Origin: Clostridia bacterium
GTDB taxonomy: Bacteria; Bacillota; Clostridia; Oscillospirales; CAG-272
Direction: 5' to 3'
NCBI GenBank assembly: GCA_017403155.1
Contig: JAFQOP010000014.1
Coordinates: forward strand, 121,677-185,676
DNA: 64,000 nucleotides
Shown: piece after piece, positions 1 to 9,836 of the stretch
Position numbering within the stretch: position 1 is the first letter of the stretch
How the letters are laid out: each line of letters opens with the position of its first letter
Translations under genes and position numbers: made by a program
The notes under the pieces: model-generated
Told to the model about the DNA's origin: nothing
What the model saw: the letters and a program-made list of their open reading frames with translations, nothing else
Database searches by the model: none

Positions 1-3
1 CAA

Positions 4-828
4 ATGGCAGAATGTACACATGACTGTTCTAATTGCTCCGAGAAATGCTCTAAGGAGTCTCTTCTCGCACCACTGAATAAGGCTAGCCGAGTAAAGCACG
101 TTATCGGTATCGTAAGCGGCAAGGGAGGCGTTGGCAAATCCCTCGTTACCTCCATGCTTGCTGTAACCATGCAGCGCCGCGGATACAAGTGCGCTATACT
201 CGACGCGGATATAACAGGTCCTTCTATTCCTAAAGCCTTCGGCTTGAAGCCCGGCTCGGTTATGGGTAGCGACCTCGGTATGTTTCCTCCCGTTACCAAG
301 ACGGGTATCGAGGTTATGAGCGTAAATCTACTCATGGATGAGGAAACTAAGCCCGTCGTATGGCGCGGCCCCGTTATCGCGGGTACTGTAAAGCAGTTCT
401 GGACCGACGTTGTCTGGAACGAGGTTGATTATATGTTTGTCGACATGCCTCCCGGAACGGGTGACGTCCCCCTTACCGTTTTTCAGAGCCTTCCTCTTGA
501 CGGTATAGTTATCGTAAGCTCCCCCCAGAGTCTTGTATCTATGATTGTTGAGAAGGCTGTCAATATGGCGGCGCTAATGGATATTCCTGTTCTCGGACTC
601 GTTGAGAACTACAGCTATCTTGTTTGCCCCGATTGCGGTAAGGTTATAAAAATCTACGGTGAGAGTAATATTGATAAGCTTGCCGAGGCACACGGCACCG
701 AGCTTCTTGCAAGGATTCCCATCGACCCCAGCCTTGCCTCCCAGTGCGACAACGGTGTTATAGAGCTGTTCGAGGGAGATTACCTCGATAGAGCGGCAGA
801 TATCATCGAGGCTAAGCTAAATAAATAA
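4..828 (+). CDS. Mrp/NBP35 (ApbC-like) Fe-S cluster carrier ATPase
   Basis: 274-aa ORF. Deviant Walker A GKGGVGKS, Cys-rich N-terminus CTHDCSNCSEKC, and a CPDC motif typical of the Mrp/NBP35 family. Confidence 0.85.
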   Translation: MAECTHDCSNCSEKCSKESLLAPLNKASRVKHVIGIVSGKGGVGKSLVTSMLAVTMQRRGYKCAILDADITGPSIPKAFGLKPGSVMGSDLGMFPPVTKTGIEVMSVNLLMDEETKPVVWRGPVIAGTVKQFWTDVVWNEVDYMFVDMPPGTGDVPLTVFQSLPLDGIVIVSSPQSLVSMIVEKAVNMAALMDIPVLGLVENYSYLVCPDCGKVIKIYGESNIDKLAEAHGTELLARIPIDPSLASQCDNGVIELFEGDYLDRAADIIEAKLNK

Positions 829-877
829 TCCTCTTATATAAAGGAGGCGGAGCATAATCCGCCTCGGTTATAAGATA

Positions 878-916
878 AAGAGAGAACAAAAGCTGAATTG
901 TTCTCTCTTTTTTTAT
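878..916 (+). terminator. Intrinsic terminator after mrp-like gene
   Basis: Stem AAAGAGAGAACAA / TTGTTCTCTCTTT followed by a T-run. A second GC-rich hairpin (GAGGCGGA/TCCGCCTC, 844-865) lies just upstream and has no T-run. Confidence 0.7.
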
Positions 917-930
917 TTACCGTCTCTTTT

Positions 931-963
931 TTGACATATTATTTAGCTTTGCGGTGCTAGAAT
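931..963 (+). promoter_or_regulatory. spoIIG-type promoter: TTGACA - 21 nt - TAGAAT, with a 0A-box-like TGTCAAA on the opposite strand over the -35
   Basis: TTGACA at 931-936 and TAGAAT at 958-963, so the spacer is 21 nt instead of 17. TTTGACA is the reverse complement of TGTCAAA, which matches the Spo0A box TGTCGAA at 6/7 positions. Confidence 0.45.
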
Positions 964-994
964 GATAGGGAAAACAAAAGATGGGGGCACGGCG

Positions 995-1843
995 ATGGAA
1001 ACACTGTATGCTGATATATATTTTCTTATAAACTTTACAGTAGACATCTTATCTCTCCATTTTGCTGCCGCATTTGCAAAGGTTCCTATATCAAAAATCA
1101 GACTGATCCTTCTTTCGTCGGCATTTTCAGGTCTTTCGCTTCTTTTTGTAATATTCGTCGAATCGTTATGGATTACGGTTATAGGTAATCTTGCAGTTGC
1201 GTTTTCTCTTATTTTTGCATCCGCGAGACATATTGGTGTTCTTCGAAGGTTCAAGCTTGCTCTGGCGTTTTATGCATTGATGACGCTCATTGGCGGTATA
1301 GTAACGTTCATCTATAATCTTATATTCGAGCATTTTCCAATGGAAGAGTACGGAGGTGGTGTGAACCGCGGACTTCTTTTGGTTGCACTAACAATACTTC
1401 TGGCGTTTGGTGTAATCAAGATGCTTCTTTTTCTGTTCTCGGGAAGTACAGCAGAAAAACATGCCGACGTCGAGCTTGAGCTTCTAGGCTGTAGCGTCAG
1501 GCTTTTTGCCTTGATAGACAGCGGTAATCTTCTTCGCGATCCAATGGACTCAACTCCTGTGATGCTTATAAAGGAGAGGGCGGCAAGAGAGCTCTTTTCG
1601 GGCGGTATACCCGATTTAAAGCTCGGTGTGCCGAAGGAGCTCGAAAAGTACGTTAGAATCATACCGACAAAAGGGAAGAGCGGCAACATCATTGAATACG
1701 GAATACGCCCCAGAGCCGCATACGTATATAAAAATAAAAGGAAGTTCAAGCTCAGAATAATTTTTATAATTGATTATGAAGAAGGGAGCTTTGGCGGCTA
1801 CGACGGATTGATCGGCACGTCAGCATTAGGTGGGATTGTATGA
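995..1843 (+). CDS. spoIIGA: Sigma-E processing peptidase SpoIIGA
   Basis: Polytopic N-terminal half. C-terminal aspartic protease motif [17 protein letters not shown]. Lies immediately upstream of, and overlaps (ATGA), the pro-sigma-E gene. Start set at ATG 995 ([14 protein letters not shown]) because the 962 ATG sits inside the predicted -10 box. Confidence 0.9.
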   Translation: METLYADIYFLINFTVDILSLHFAAAFAKVPISKIRLILLSSAFSGLSLLFVIFVESLWITVIGNLAVAFSLIFASARHIGVLRRFKLALAFYALMTLIGGIVTFIYNLIFEHFPMEEYGGGVNRGLLLVALTILLAFGVIKMLLFLFSGSTAEKHADVELELLGCSVRLFALIDSGNLLRDPMDSTPVMLIKERAARELFSGGIPDLKLGVPKELEKYVRIIPTKGKSGNIIEYGIRPRAAYVYKNKRKFKLRIIFIIDYEEGSFGGYDGLIGTSALGGIV

Positions 1844-2541
1844 GAATTAAGAATATTTTATTGAGGATAAAGGAATTTTTTCTTAGTATTCGTGCGACTC
1901 GCGCATATTACGTGAATGGAGCAGAAACCTTACCACCGCCGCTTGAAGAGGAGCTTGAGGAGTATTATATTGATACAATAACCGACCCGAGCTCGCGCGA
2001 TGTTCTGATAGAGCACAACCTCAGACTGGTGGTTTACATAGCAAAGAGATTTGAAAATACGGGAGTAGGTATCGAGGAGCTTGTATCCACGGGCACGGTA
2101 GGGCTTATCAAGGCTATTACAACCTTCAACAGAGACAAAAAAATAAAGCTTGCAACCTATGCCTCCAGATGCATTGAAAACGAGATACTCATGTTTATCA
2201 GAAAAAATTCCTCCAAGAAGAAGGAGGTATCGATAGATGAGCCTCTCAGCGTGGATTGGGACGGCAACGAGCTTCTTCTCTCAGACGTGCTGAGCACAGA
2301 TATAGACTCGGTTTCCCGAGGACTTGAGGACGACGAGGAAAAAATAATTCTCCGCGAAGCCGTTAAGGGGCTCGGAGAACGGGAGAGGATTATTGTTCAA
2401 ATGCGCTTCGGTCTTGACGGATACCGCGAGATGACTCAGAAGGAGGTAGCCGATGCACTAGGCATCTCGCAGAGCTATATTTCTCGTCTTGAAAAGAAGA
2501 TAATGCGAGACCTGCGCAAAAAAATAGAAGAAAAGATATAA
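1840..2541 (+). CDS. sigE: Sporulation sigma factor sigma-E (pro-sigma-E)
   Basis: 233 aa. Pro-sequence followed by [13 protein letters not shown], the hallmark of pro-sigE/sigK. Sigma-70 regions 2 and 4 are present, and the gene follows spoIIGA. Confidence 0.9.
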   Translation: MRIKNILLRIKEFFLSIRATRAYYVNGAETLPPPLEEELEEYYIDTITDPSSRDVLIEHNLRLVVYIAKRFENTGVGIEELVSTGTVGLIKAITTFNRDKKIKLATYASRCIENEILMFIRKNSSKKKEVSIDEPLSVDWDGNELLLSDVLSTDIDSVSRGLEDDEEKIILREAVKGLGERERIIVQMRFGLDGYREMTQKEVADALGISQSYISRLEKKIMRDLRKKIEEKI

Positions 2542-2557
2542 TTTTTTAAAAAAAGTA

Positions 2558-2586
2558 TTGAAATTTTGAAAAATGTATGTTATAAT
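2558..2586 (+). promoter_or_regulatory. Sigma-A type promoter upstream of rpmE
   Basis: TTGAAA (2558-2563), 17 nt spacer, TATAAT (2581-2586). Confidence 0.5.
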
Positions 2587-2629
2587 GAGTAGCAATTAAA
2601 ATGAATAACTATGTGAAGAGGTGTTAAAA

Positions 2630-2836
2630 ATGAAGGCAGGAATACATCCCGAATATAAGGAAGCTACCATTAGATGTGCTTGCGGCGAGACTGTTCTTAC
2701 CCACTCCGTCAAGGGTGATATGAACGTCGAAATCTGCTCCAAGTGCCATCCTTTCTATACAGGTAAGCAGAAGTTCGTAGATGCTGGCGGACGCGTTGAC
2801 AAGTTCAAGAAGCGTCTTGCAAAGGTAGGCAAGTAA
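2630..2836 (+). CDS. rpmE: 50S ribosomal protein L31 (Zn-ribbon type A)
   Basis: [20 protein letters not shown]...[22 protein letters not shown] lies 8 nt upstream of ATG 2630, so the GTG at 2621 is unlikely to be the start. Confidence 0.95.
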   Translation: MKAGIHPEYKEATIRCACGETVLTHSVKGDMNVEICSKCHPFYTGKQKFVDAGGRVDKFKKRLAKVGK

Positions 2837-2844
2837 TACTACGC

Positions 2845-2891
2845 AAAAAGAGACAGGATAGTTCGATGAGGATTATCCTGCTCTTTTTTCA
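2845..2891 (+). terminator. Intrinsic terminator after rpmE
   Basis: Stem GAG(A)CAGGATA / TATCCTGCTC followed by TTTTTT. Confidence 0.6.
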
Positions 2892-2916
2892 TTAAAAGCA
2901 CGAAAGGAGAGCTATT

Positions 2917-4188
2917 ATGTCGGATGAAAAAATCGAGCGTGCCGTGCTTGTGTCAATCGCCGCCTCCTCGTCTCATGTGAGAGAGTGTGAGCTAAGCCTT
3001 GATGAGCTGGAGAGACTTTTGTCCACTGCGGGCGCATCAGCCTTTTGCAAGGTTATACAGATAAAGGAATCCTTTGACCCGAGAACCTGCCTTGGCAAGG
3101 GTAAGGTGCAGGAAATAGCTGAGATATGTAAGAATAACGGTATAGGGCTTGTCGTATTTGACTTCGAGCTCTCACCGATGCAGATTAGAAATCTGGAGGC
3201 TGATTTCGGTGGAGATGTGCGTGTCCTTGACCGCAGCATGCTTATACTTGACATATTCGCCCTCCACGCAACGAGCGGCGAGGGAAAGCTCCAGGTCGAG
3301 CTTGCGCAGCTGAAGTATTCCGCACCCCGTCTTGTCGGTCATGGCACAGAGCTGTCCCGTCAGGGTGGCGGAATCGGTACCAGAGGCCCCGGTGAGAGCA
3401 AGCTGGAAACAGACAGACGTCACCTTCACGAGAAAATAAATTCTCTCGAGGCGAGACTTCGCGAGCTGGAGCACAACAGAAGCGTGATGAGAGCTAAGCG
3501 CGACCGCTCGGGTATACCGAAAATAGGTATTGTTGGCTATACTAACGCAGGAAAATCCACCCTGCTGAACAGAATTACGGATGCTGGTGTTCTTTCGGAA
3601 GACAAGCTTTTTGCCACTCTTGACCCAACGACGAGAAAGGCAACTCTTCCGAGCGGTGAGACCGTTCTCTTTACCGATACGGTCGGCTTTATCAGAAAGC
3701 TGCCGCACCATCTTGTAAAGGCATTTAAGTCAACGCTCGATGAGGTTGTATATTCGGATGTGCTTCTTATTGTCTCCGACGTAAATGACCCCGAGGTCGG
3801 TGAGCATCTAAGAGTAACGGAGGAGGTAATTTCCGATCTTGGTGCGGGTGATAAGCCCCGAATTTACGTTTATAATAAATGCGACGCCCTTGACAACTGT
3901 GCTCAGCATGTTGAGCCGCGCGAGGATACGGTTATGATATCAGCCAGGACGGGCTACGGCATGGAAGAGCTTTTTACTTTGATATCCGATATGCTGTCCA
4001 GACTAAAAAAGGAATATACGCTTCTCGTTCCTTATGCAGAGCAGGCGTGTGTCAGCTCGATGTATGATAAATATTCCGTTTTGTCGACCGAGTATCTTGC
4101 AGAAGGCGTGCTTGTCAGGGTCGTCCTCGATGAGCGCGGCAGAGGACTGTATGGCGGCTATATCGTCACCTCTGACGGGGAGGTATAG
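2917..4188 (+). CDS. hflX: GTPase HflX
   Basis: 423 aa. HflX N-domain with coiled-coil (GEGKLQVELAQL, GPGESKLETDRR). G-domain with GYTNAGKST and DTVGF. Confidence 0.9.
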   Translation: MSDEKIERAVLVSIAASSSHVRECELSLDELERLLSTAGASAFCKVIQIKESFDPRTCLGKGKVQEIAEICKNNGIGLVVFDFELSPMQIRNLEADFGGDVRVLDRSMLILDIFALHATSGEGKLQVELAQLKYSAPRLVGHGTELSRQGGGIGTRGPGESKLETDRRHLHEKINSLEARLRELEHNRSVMRAKRDRSGIPKIGIVGYTNAGKSTLLNRITDAGVLSEDKLFATLDPTTRKATLPSGETVLFTDTVGFIRKLPHHLVKAFKSTLDEVVYSDVLLIVSDVNDPEVGEHLRVTEEVISDLGAGDKPRIYVYNKCDALDNCAQHVEPREDTVMISARTGYGMEELFTLISDMLSRLKKEYTLLVPYAEQACVSSMYDKYSVLSTEYLAEGVLVRVVLDERGRGLYGGYIVTSDGEV

Positions 4189-4190
4189 AT

Positions 4191-4808
4191 ATGCAGAGCT
4201 ATACTACCGTAAGGGGAGAGGGCGTTTTTGAATACGAGGACAGAAGGTCTGTATTTATTGGAACTGCCGTTCCCGTCAGCACAGAGTCTGATGCTATCAG
4301 ATTTATCGAATTTATAAAGAAGAAATATCCCGATGCGCGTCATCACGTCTATGCATACGTCCTGCGCGAAAACTCCATAATGCGCTTCTCGGACGACAGG
4401 GAGCCGCAGGGAACGGCGGGTATGCCTGTGCTTGATGCAATACGTAAGCGCGGATGCACGGATACCGCCGTGGTTGTAATAAGATATTTCGGTGGAACGC
4501 TCCTCGGCACGGGCGGACTCGTCCGAGCATATTCTGCCGCAGCTGTCGGTGCACTCGAAAGGGCAGAGATAATTACCTACGATATATATAGGGAGCTTAC
4601 CGTTACCGTAAGCTACTCCGATTATCAAAGGATTCTGCCGCTTATAGAAGAAAAATCCTTAAGAATTCTTGATACGTTGTATGCGGACAACGTTATAATA
4701 AAAGGAAGAATTCAGCGCGACAGTACCGAAGAATTTGTAAAAGGTATCGGCGAAATAACGTCGGCAAGGGGCGAAATATCTCTCGGCGAAGAAATTTTTG
4801 ATTTTTAG
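4191..4808 (+). CDS. yigZ: IMPACT/YigZ family protein
   Basis: 205 aa. Motif DDREPQGTAG...VVVIRYFGGTLLGTGGLVRAY is characteristic of UPF0029/YigZ. Confidence 0.8.
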   Translation: MQSYTTVRGEGVFEYEDRRSVFIGTAVPVSTESDAIRFIEFIKKKYPDARHHVYAYVLRENSIMRFSDDREPQGTAGMPVLDAIRKRGCTDTAVVVIRYFGGTLLGTGGLVRAYSAAAVGALERAEIITYDIYRELTVTVSYSDYQRILPLIEEKSLRILDTLYADNVIIKGRIQRDSTEEFVKGIGEITSARGEISLGEEIFDF

Positions 4809-4875
4809 CAAAATAAAAAAGTGTTTTTTGTAAATTATCCGTATATTATAGATGTGAAGAAAGGAGGAGAACTAT

Positions 4876-6636
4876 ATGATCAGCAGAGAAACAGTAGACG
4901 AGGTACTGCGGCGAAATGATATTGAGTCGGTTATAAGTCCCTACGTCACTCTAAAAAGAGCAGGCTCTAATCTCAAGGGCTTGTGTCCCTTCCATAACGA
5001 AAAAACTCCCTCCTTCGTTGTATATCCGGCTGACAACAGCTTCTTCTGCTTTGGATGCAGCATAGGTGGAAATGCAATCACCTTTATCAGGCAGATAGAG
5101 CACCTTGATTATCCCGATGCGATAGAATTTCTTGCCAAGAAGGCGGGCATCACCGTCGTACGTGACGAAACCACTGGGTACAGGCAGGAAACGGGCATAA
5201 GAAAGGACAGGCTTCTTCGCATGAACGTAGATGCGGCAAGATTCTTTCACAACTCACTCAAGGCAGATAACCCGGGAGCGCGTGCGTGCCTATCGTACTT
5301 TATGGACGAGAGAAAGCTCGAGATGTCAACAATCAAGCACTTCGGACTGGGATATGCTCCGGACAGCTATGATGCAATGCTGAAGCATATGACGTCTCTC
5401 GGATATACGCCCGATGAGCTTGTTGAAGGCTTCTTTGCGGTAAAGAGCAAGAAGGGAAGCTACTTTGATAACTTCCGCAACCGTGCAATTTTTCCGATTT
5501 TTGACGTAGCGGGCAATGTCATTGCCTTCGGCGGTAGACGCCTCGACCCCAATGATAATCCCAAATACCGAAACACGATGGACACCGTAGTGTATAAAAA
5601 GTCGAGACACGTATACGCACTGAACTTTGCCAAGAATTTCTGCCGGGAGAACCTTATTGTGTGCGAGGGCTACCTAGATGCGATATCCCTCCATCAGGCA
5701 GGAATTAACAACGTTGTTGCCAGCCTTGGTACCGCATTCACATCAGAGCAGGCAAGACTGTTATCAAGGTATACCAAGAAGGTATTTCTGTGCTTTGACT
5801 CTGACGAAGCGGGGCAGAAGGCAACCGCAAGGACGCTGAAGATTCTTCCCGAGGCGGGAATAGAAACTGTGGTTATCGAGATTCCCGGAGAAAAGGACCC
5901 CGATGACTACGTAAAGACCTATGGCAAGGATAAATTTCTCGAGCTTATTCACGGTGCAAAGAGCAAGTTTGAATACAATATGGAAAAGATACTTGCTCCC
6001 TTTGATCTTAACAAGCCGCAGGATAAGGTAAATGCTCTTGGGAAACTGACGGATTTAATTTCCGAGGTTTATTCCAAGGCAGAACGCGACATTTACATAC
6101 AAGTCGTTTCGCAAAAACTCGGTGTGAATTCCAAAAGCTTGAAGGAGGACGTTGAGAAAAGCGTAAGACGTGCGACGGCAAAGCATAAGAAGGAGGAGAG
6201 CACAAAGCTGCGCCAGTCAGGGCTCGGCTATGCCGATAAGGTTAATCCCGATTATGCAAAGGCACCCGGTGTCGCAGGATATGAGGAGGTCGTTCTGGGA
6301 ATGCTCCTTCTGTATCCAGAGCACCGTAAGCTCGTACGCGACGGATCCCTTTTGACAGATGAGGATTTCTTTACCGAATTTAACCGAAGGGTTTTCGGTT
6401 ATATTATGAGTATAGATGCCGATGATGGGGAAGCGAATGATATAAACGAGCTTTTCACCCCCGAGGAGGTTGGCAGAATAACTCAGATAAAAAATGAGAG
6501 AATGAAGCTCAGCGACAATGGCAAGGAAGTATTTCTTGAGGCGCTGGATATGCTTCATGCCTCTCTCGAAAAAAAGCAAACCGAGGGCATCACAACGATT
6601 GATGCACTCACAAAATTCATCAATGGAAAAAAATAA
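4876..6636 (+). CDS. dnaG: DNA primase
   Basis: Zn-finger CPFHNEKTPSF...CFGC, TOPRIM segment (VCEGYLD, DSDEAG), located upstream of rpoD (MMS operon arrangement). Confidence 0.95.
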   Translation: MISRETVDEVLRRNDIESVISPYVTLKRAGSNLKGLCPFHNEKTPSFVVYPADNSFFCFGCSIGGNAITFIRQIEHLDYPDAIEFLAKKAGITVVRDETTGYRQETGIRKDRLLRMNVDAARFFHNSLKADNPGARACLSYFMDERKLEMSTIKHFGLGYAPDSYDAMLKHMTSLGYTPDELVEGFFAVKSKKGSYFDNFRNRAIFPIFDVAGNVIAFGGRRLDPNDNPKYRNTMDTVVYKKSRHVYALNFAKNFCRENLIVCEGYLDAISLHQAGINNVVASLGTAFTSEQARLLSRYTKKVFLCFDSDEAGQKATARTLKILPEAGIETVVIEIPGEKDPDDYVKTYGKDKFLELIHGAKSKFEYNMEKILAPFDLNKPQDKVNALGKLTDLISEVYSKAERDIYIQVVSQKLGVNSKSLKEDVEKSVRRATAKHKKEESTKLRQSGLGYADKVNPDYAKAPGVAGYEEVVLGMLLLYPEHRKLVRDGSLLTDEDFFTEFNRRVFGYIMSIDADDGEANDINELFTPEEVGRITQIKNERMKLSDNGKEVFLEALDMLHASLEKKQTEGITTIDALTKFINGKK

Positions 6637-6656
6637 ATTTAAGGATGGTATAAAGA

Positions 6657-7721
6657 ATGGCTAACGACAAAATTCAGGCAAACGAAATCATCGATGCGAA
6701 GAATGATGGCGGTATTCTTAATTCCGAGTTTATGAAGGCTCTCGAGGATATCGATTATGACATAGCTCAGGTCGATATTGATTCCGCATCTCCCGAGGAG
6801 ATTGACGGTGATGCATTCAAGGAGCTCGAGAAGGACGTCGAGACCTATGAGGCGGAAAAGATGGAGAAGTTCATCTCCTCCGAGGGACTCGCTATTGACG
6901 ACCCCGTCCGTATGTATTTGAAGGATATCGGCAGAATTCCTCTGCTTACACCCGAGCGCGAGAAATATCTTGCAGAGCAGATTGCTATCGGCTCCAAGAG
7001 CGCAAAGGACGAGCTCATTGAAGCAAACCTCCGCCTTGTTGTAAGCATAGCAAAGCGCCACGTAGGAAAGGGAATGTATTTCCTTGACCTTATCCAGGAG
7101 GGCAACCTCGGACTTATCAAGGCAGTAGAGAAGTTTGATTACAGCAAGGGCTACAAGTTTTCCACCTATGCTACCTGGTGGATAAGACAGGCAATAACCC
7201 GTGCGATTGCTGACCAGGCAAGAACCATACGTATTCCCGTACATATGGTTGAAACAATCCATAAGGTATCGAGAACAGCACGTCAGCTTCTTCAGGAGCT
7301 TGGCAGAGAGCCCACCACCGATGAGATTGCAGAAAAGCTCGGCATGACCCCCGAGAAGGTTCGCGAGATCATGAAAATAGCACAGGATCCCGTTTCTCTT
7401 GAGACTCCCATAGGTGAGGAGGAGGATAGCCATCTTGGCGACTTCGTCGAGGACAACGATTCTCCTGCCCCCTCCGACAGCACCTCTTATTCATTCCTCC
7501 GCGATCAGCTTTGTAACATTCTCAAGACCCTTACCCCCAGAGAGGAGCAGGTAATCAAGCTGCGCTTCGGTCTTGAGGACGGCCGCCCCAGAACTCTCGA
7601 GGAGGTTGGCAAGCAGTTCCAGATAACCAGAGAGCGTATAAGACAGATTGAGGCAAAGGCACTTCGCAAGCTCAGACACCCCTCAAGGTCAAAAACTCTA
7701 AAGGATTATCTTGCAAATTGA
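6657..7721 (+). CDS. rpoD: Primary RNA polymerase sigma factor (SigA/RpoD)
   Basis: Region 2 motif [27 protein letters not shown] and region 4 [20 protein letters not shown]. Confidence 0.95.
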   Translation: MANDKIQANEIIDAKNDGGILNSEFMKALEDIDYDIAQVDIDSASPEEIDGDAFKELEKDVETYEAEKMEKFISSEGLAIDDPVRMYLKDIGRIPLLTPEREKYLAEQIAIGSKSAKDELIEANLRLVVSIAKRHVGKGMYFLDLIQEGNLGLIKAVEKFDYSKGYKFSTYATWWIRQAITRAIADQARTIRIPVHMVETIHKVSRTARQLLQELGREPTTDEIAEKLGMTPEKVREIMKIAQDPVSLETPIGEEEDSHLGDFVEDNDSPAPSDSTSYSFLRDQLCNILKTLTPREEQVIKLRFGLEDGRPRTLEEVGKQFQITRERIRQIEAKALRKLRHPSRSKTLKDYLAN

Positions 7722-7762
7722 CGAATTTCTTTGTTAAAAATACAGTATTCAACGAAAAAACC

Positions 7763-7791
7763 TTGACATTCATACATTTATATAGTAAAAT
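7763..7791 (+). promoter_or_regulatory. Sigma-A type promoter upstream of lipoprotein gene
   Basis: TTGACA (7763-7768), 17 nt spacer, TAAAAT (7786-7791). Confidence 0.45.
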
Positions 7792-7830
7792 AAATGAGTA
7801 AAAGAATTCGTTTTGGAGGTTTCCTTTCGG

Positions 7831-9045
7831 ATGAAAAGAATATTAAGTCTGCTTTTGTGCCTCACCGTGCTTGTTCTTACCTTGGCAAGCTGTGGCGCAG
7901 ATGAGTTTGAAGACGGTCCTGCATACAGTCAGAAGACTGATGAGCTCGGTACCGTAAACGTAACGCTTTATATAATCAAAGGCGATGACATGAGCGATAA
8001 CGCCGAAGACACCGTAAGGAGACAGATCCTTGCTACCACGGAGAGCGAGCTTAATACTAAGCTCACCGTTGAGTATCTTACTCTTGCAGAGTATGAGACA
8101 AAGGTTACCGCTGCAATTGCGGAAAAGGGTGTTGTTGTCCCCGTAGAGGAGGAAACCGACAAGGCTCCTTCTACCGAAGGTGCACAGCACGAGGGGGGTG
8201 CTCCCGAGGCTCCCGAAGCTCCTGAGGAAGAGGAGGAAAAGCCCGTACCCGACGGAATGATCGTTCTCGTTCATTCTTCTGCATTTATGGATACTATCAG
8301 CAGCACGGGCAAGCTCGTTGACATAAGCGAGTATCTCGCTACTAAGAGCTTCGGTACTCTTAACAACGGTCAGACGATTCCCACAGCGCTTCTTAGTGCC
8401 GCGAAGAATGCAGACGGCAAGCTCCTTGCGCTCCCCAACAACCGCGTTCTCGGTGAATACACCTACCTCTCGATAAACAAAGAGGTAGCTATGCAGCAGC
8501 TTAAATATAGCGAGGATACTCTGAAGTCTTACAATTCCTATGCTGATACAATAAAGCTTCGTCAGGACATGGAAGCCTTGGGCATCAATCCCAATCTTTA
8601 CGTATCTGTTGTTCCCGGTACATATGCAACGAGATATGAGCTTGAGGCAAGCGGAAATTTCTGTAAGTCTATTGCAGTTCCCACTATCACCAGAGATGAT
8701 GCATTCGACTCTGCCTTTGCAATTGTTAACACGGGCGACGACAGAGTAAATGAGCGCGCTATGAAGATCATATACGAGCTCAATACCAATGCATCTCTTC
8801 GTAACCTCCTCCAGTTCGGTGTTGAAAACACGAATTACACTGTAATAACAGAGAAGGATGAGGTCACTGATGAGATAATTTATTCCAACATCATACTCGA
8901 GACAGATGATGATAAGTACAGAATGAATTACCTTTACACCGGTAATGTCTTTGTGCTTGATTTCTGCGAGGAGATTGGCTGGAATGCAGAGCGTAAGGAA
9001 GTTGGTCTTGCGCAAAATGCAGAGGTTATATTTAAAGCTAACTGA
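7831..9045 (+). CDS. Lipoprotein of unknown function (solute-binding-protein-like) with acidic Pro/Glu linker
   Basis: Signal peptide plus lipobox MKRILSLLLCLTVLVLTLASCG, and GGAGG upstream of ATG 7831. Low-complexity segment EGGAPEAPEAPEEEEEKP. No catalytic motif recognised. Confidence 0.7.
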   Translation: MKRILSLLLCLTVLVLTLASCGADEFEDGPAYSQKTDELGTVNVTLYIIKGDDMSDNAEDTVRRQILATTESELNTKLTVEYLTLAEYETKVTAAIAEKGVVVPVEEETDKAPSTEGAQHEGGAPEAPEAPEEEEEKPVPDGMIVLVHSSAFMDTISSTGKLVDISEYLATKSFGTLNNGQTIPTALLSAAKNADGKLLALPNNRVLGEYTYLSINKEVAMQQLKYSEDTLKSYNSYADTIKLRQDMEALGINPNLYVSVVPGTYATRYELEASGNFCKSIAVPTITRDDAFDSAFAIVNTGDDRVNERAMKIIYELNTNASLRNLLQFGVENTNYTVITEKDEVTDEIIYSNIILETDDDKYRMNYLYTGNVFVLDFCEEIGWNAERKEVGLAQNAEVIFKAN

Positions 9046-9061
9046 TTAAATAATCAATTAA

Positions 9062-9090
9062 GAAAATCGGGTGCTTTGCTCCCGATTTTC
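9062..9090 (+). terminator. Hairpin/terminator after lipoprotein gene
   Basis: GAAAATCGGG / CCCGATTTTC stem with a 9-nt loop. The downstream T-run is weak. Confidence 0.5.
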
Positions 9091-9116
9091 TATTGAAAAA
9101 AGATGAGAGGCAATGT

Positions 9117-9836
9117 ATGTCTAAAAAGAACAACGAAACTACTGTAAAGGATCTTGTCGAGGTGTTTCTCCCGAAGCTCTGGATAATTATTCTTGCCGGA
9201 GTTGTGCTTGCGGCACTGATGTTTTCCTATTCCTATTTCTTCAAGGCTGATACCTACACCTCCTCCGCGGACGTAAATCTCCAGAAAAAGGGCGGAGACA
9301 ATACCAATGATATCAATGCAACGCAGGAGCTTGTCGCTATCTATGCCGATATAATCGAGGGTGATGTATTCTATACAATGATAAAGCCTCAGATTGAAGC
9401 AAACGGATACAAGGATCTTTCCTATGCAACCTTCAAGAGCCTTGTAACAGTCACACAGAAGGGAGAACTTCCTACGTTCACCGTCAGGGTAACCTCCACC
9501 GATGCAAGACTTTCCTACGTTATCGCCAGTAGCATAGCGCTCAATATTGACGATTATTTGTCGAGCAATATTCTTTCCAATTCGATAAGCTCAAGGATTA
9601 CGGACAATCCCGATATGCCCGAGAAGCCCGATTCGAAGAATACTGTCAGAAATTCGATAATTCTCGGAGTTGTAGGCATGGTGCTTGCTGCAGTTGCCGT
9701 ATGGATTCACGCAAGCTTTGACGTAGTTATCCGCAATGCGAAGAAGATAGAGGACAACCTTGACGTTCCTGTCCTTGGCATTATACCCAGACACGATATT
9801 ACTCTGAACGATAAGGGGGATGCGTCTAATGTTTAA
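9117..9836 (+). CDS. Wzz/CapA/YwqC-type polysaccharide co-polymerase (BY-kinase transmembrane modulator)
   Basis: N-terminal TM (LWIIILAGVVLAALMF), an extracytoplasmic domain, and a C-terminal TM (IILGVVGMVLAAVAVWI). Overlaps the BY-kinase gene by 8 nt. SD GAGAGG lies upstream of ATG 9117. Confidence 0.8.
   Translation: MSKKNNETTVKDLVEVFLPKLWIIILAGVVLAALMFSYSYFFKADTYTSSADVNLQKKGGDNTNDINATQELVAIYADIIEGDVFYTMIKPQIEANGYKDLSYATFKSLVTVTQKGELPTFTVRVTSTDARLSYVIASSIALNIDDYLSSNILSNSISSRITDNPDMPEKPDSKNTVRNSIILGVVGMVLAAVAVWIHASFDVVIRNAKKIEDNLDVPVLGIIPRHDITLNDKGDASNV

Noticed and set aside
962-994. Upstream ATG extension of spoIIGA given in the ORF track
   Set aside because: The ATG at 962 overlaps the predicted -10 box (TAGAAT, 958-963). 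ATG 995 gives the typical SpoIIGA N-terminus.
2542-2629. Absence of sigG directly downstream of spoIIGA-sigE (rpmE follows instead)
   Set aside because: This is a synteny difference from Bacillus only. sigG may lie elsewhere, and the question cannot be evaluated from this window.
6639-7433. 264-aa ORF antisense to rpoD, and similar antisense ORFs at 15213-16004 (ackA), 23181-23954 (topoisomerase) and 52446-53240 (5S carboxyltransferase)
   Set aside because: All lie opposite strongly supported conserved genes and are best explained by codon-bias-driven stop-codon depletion in the antisense frame.
7843-9015. 390-aa ORF on the minus strand, opposite the lipoprotein gene
   Set aside because: It is a shadow ORF. 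The plus-strand frame has a signal peptide with lipobox, an SD and a promoter. The antisense product is Cys/Leu/Ile-rich, has no motif and has no SD.
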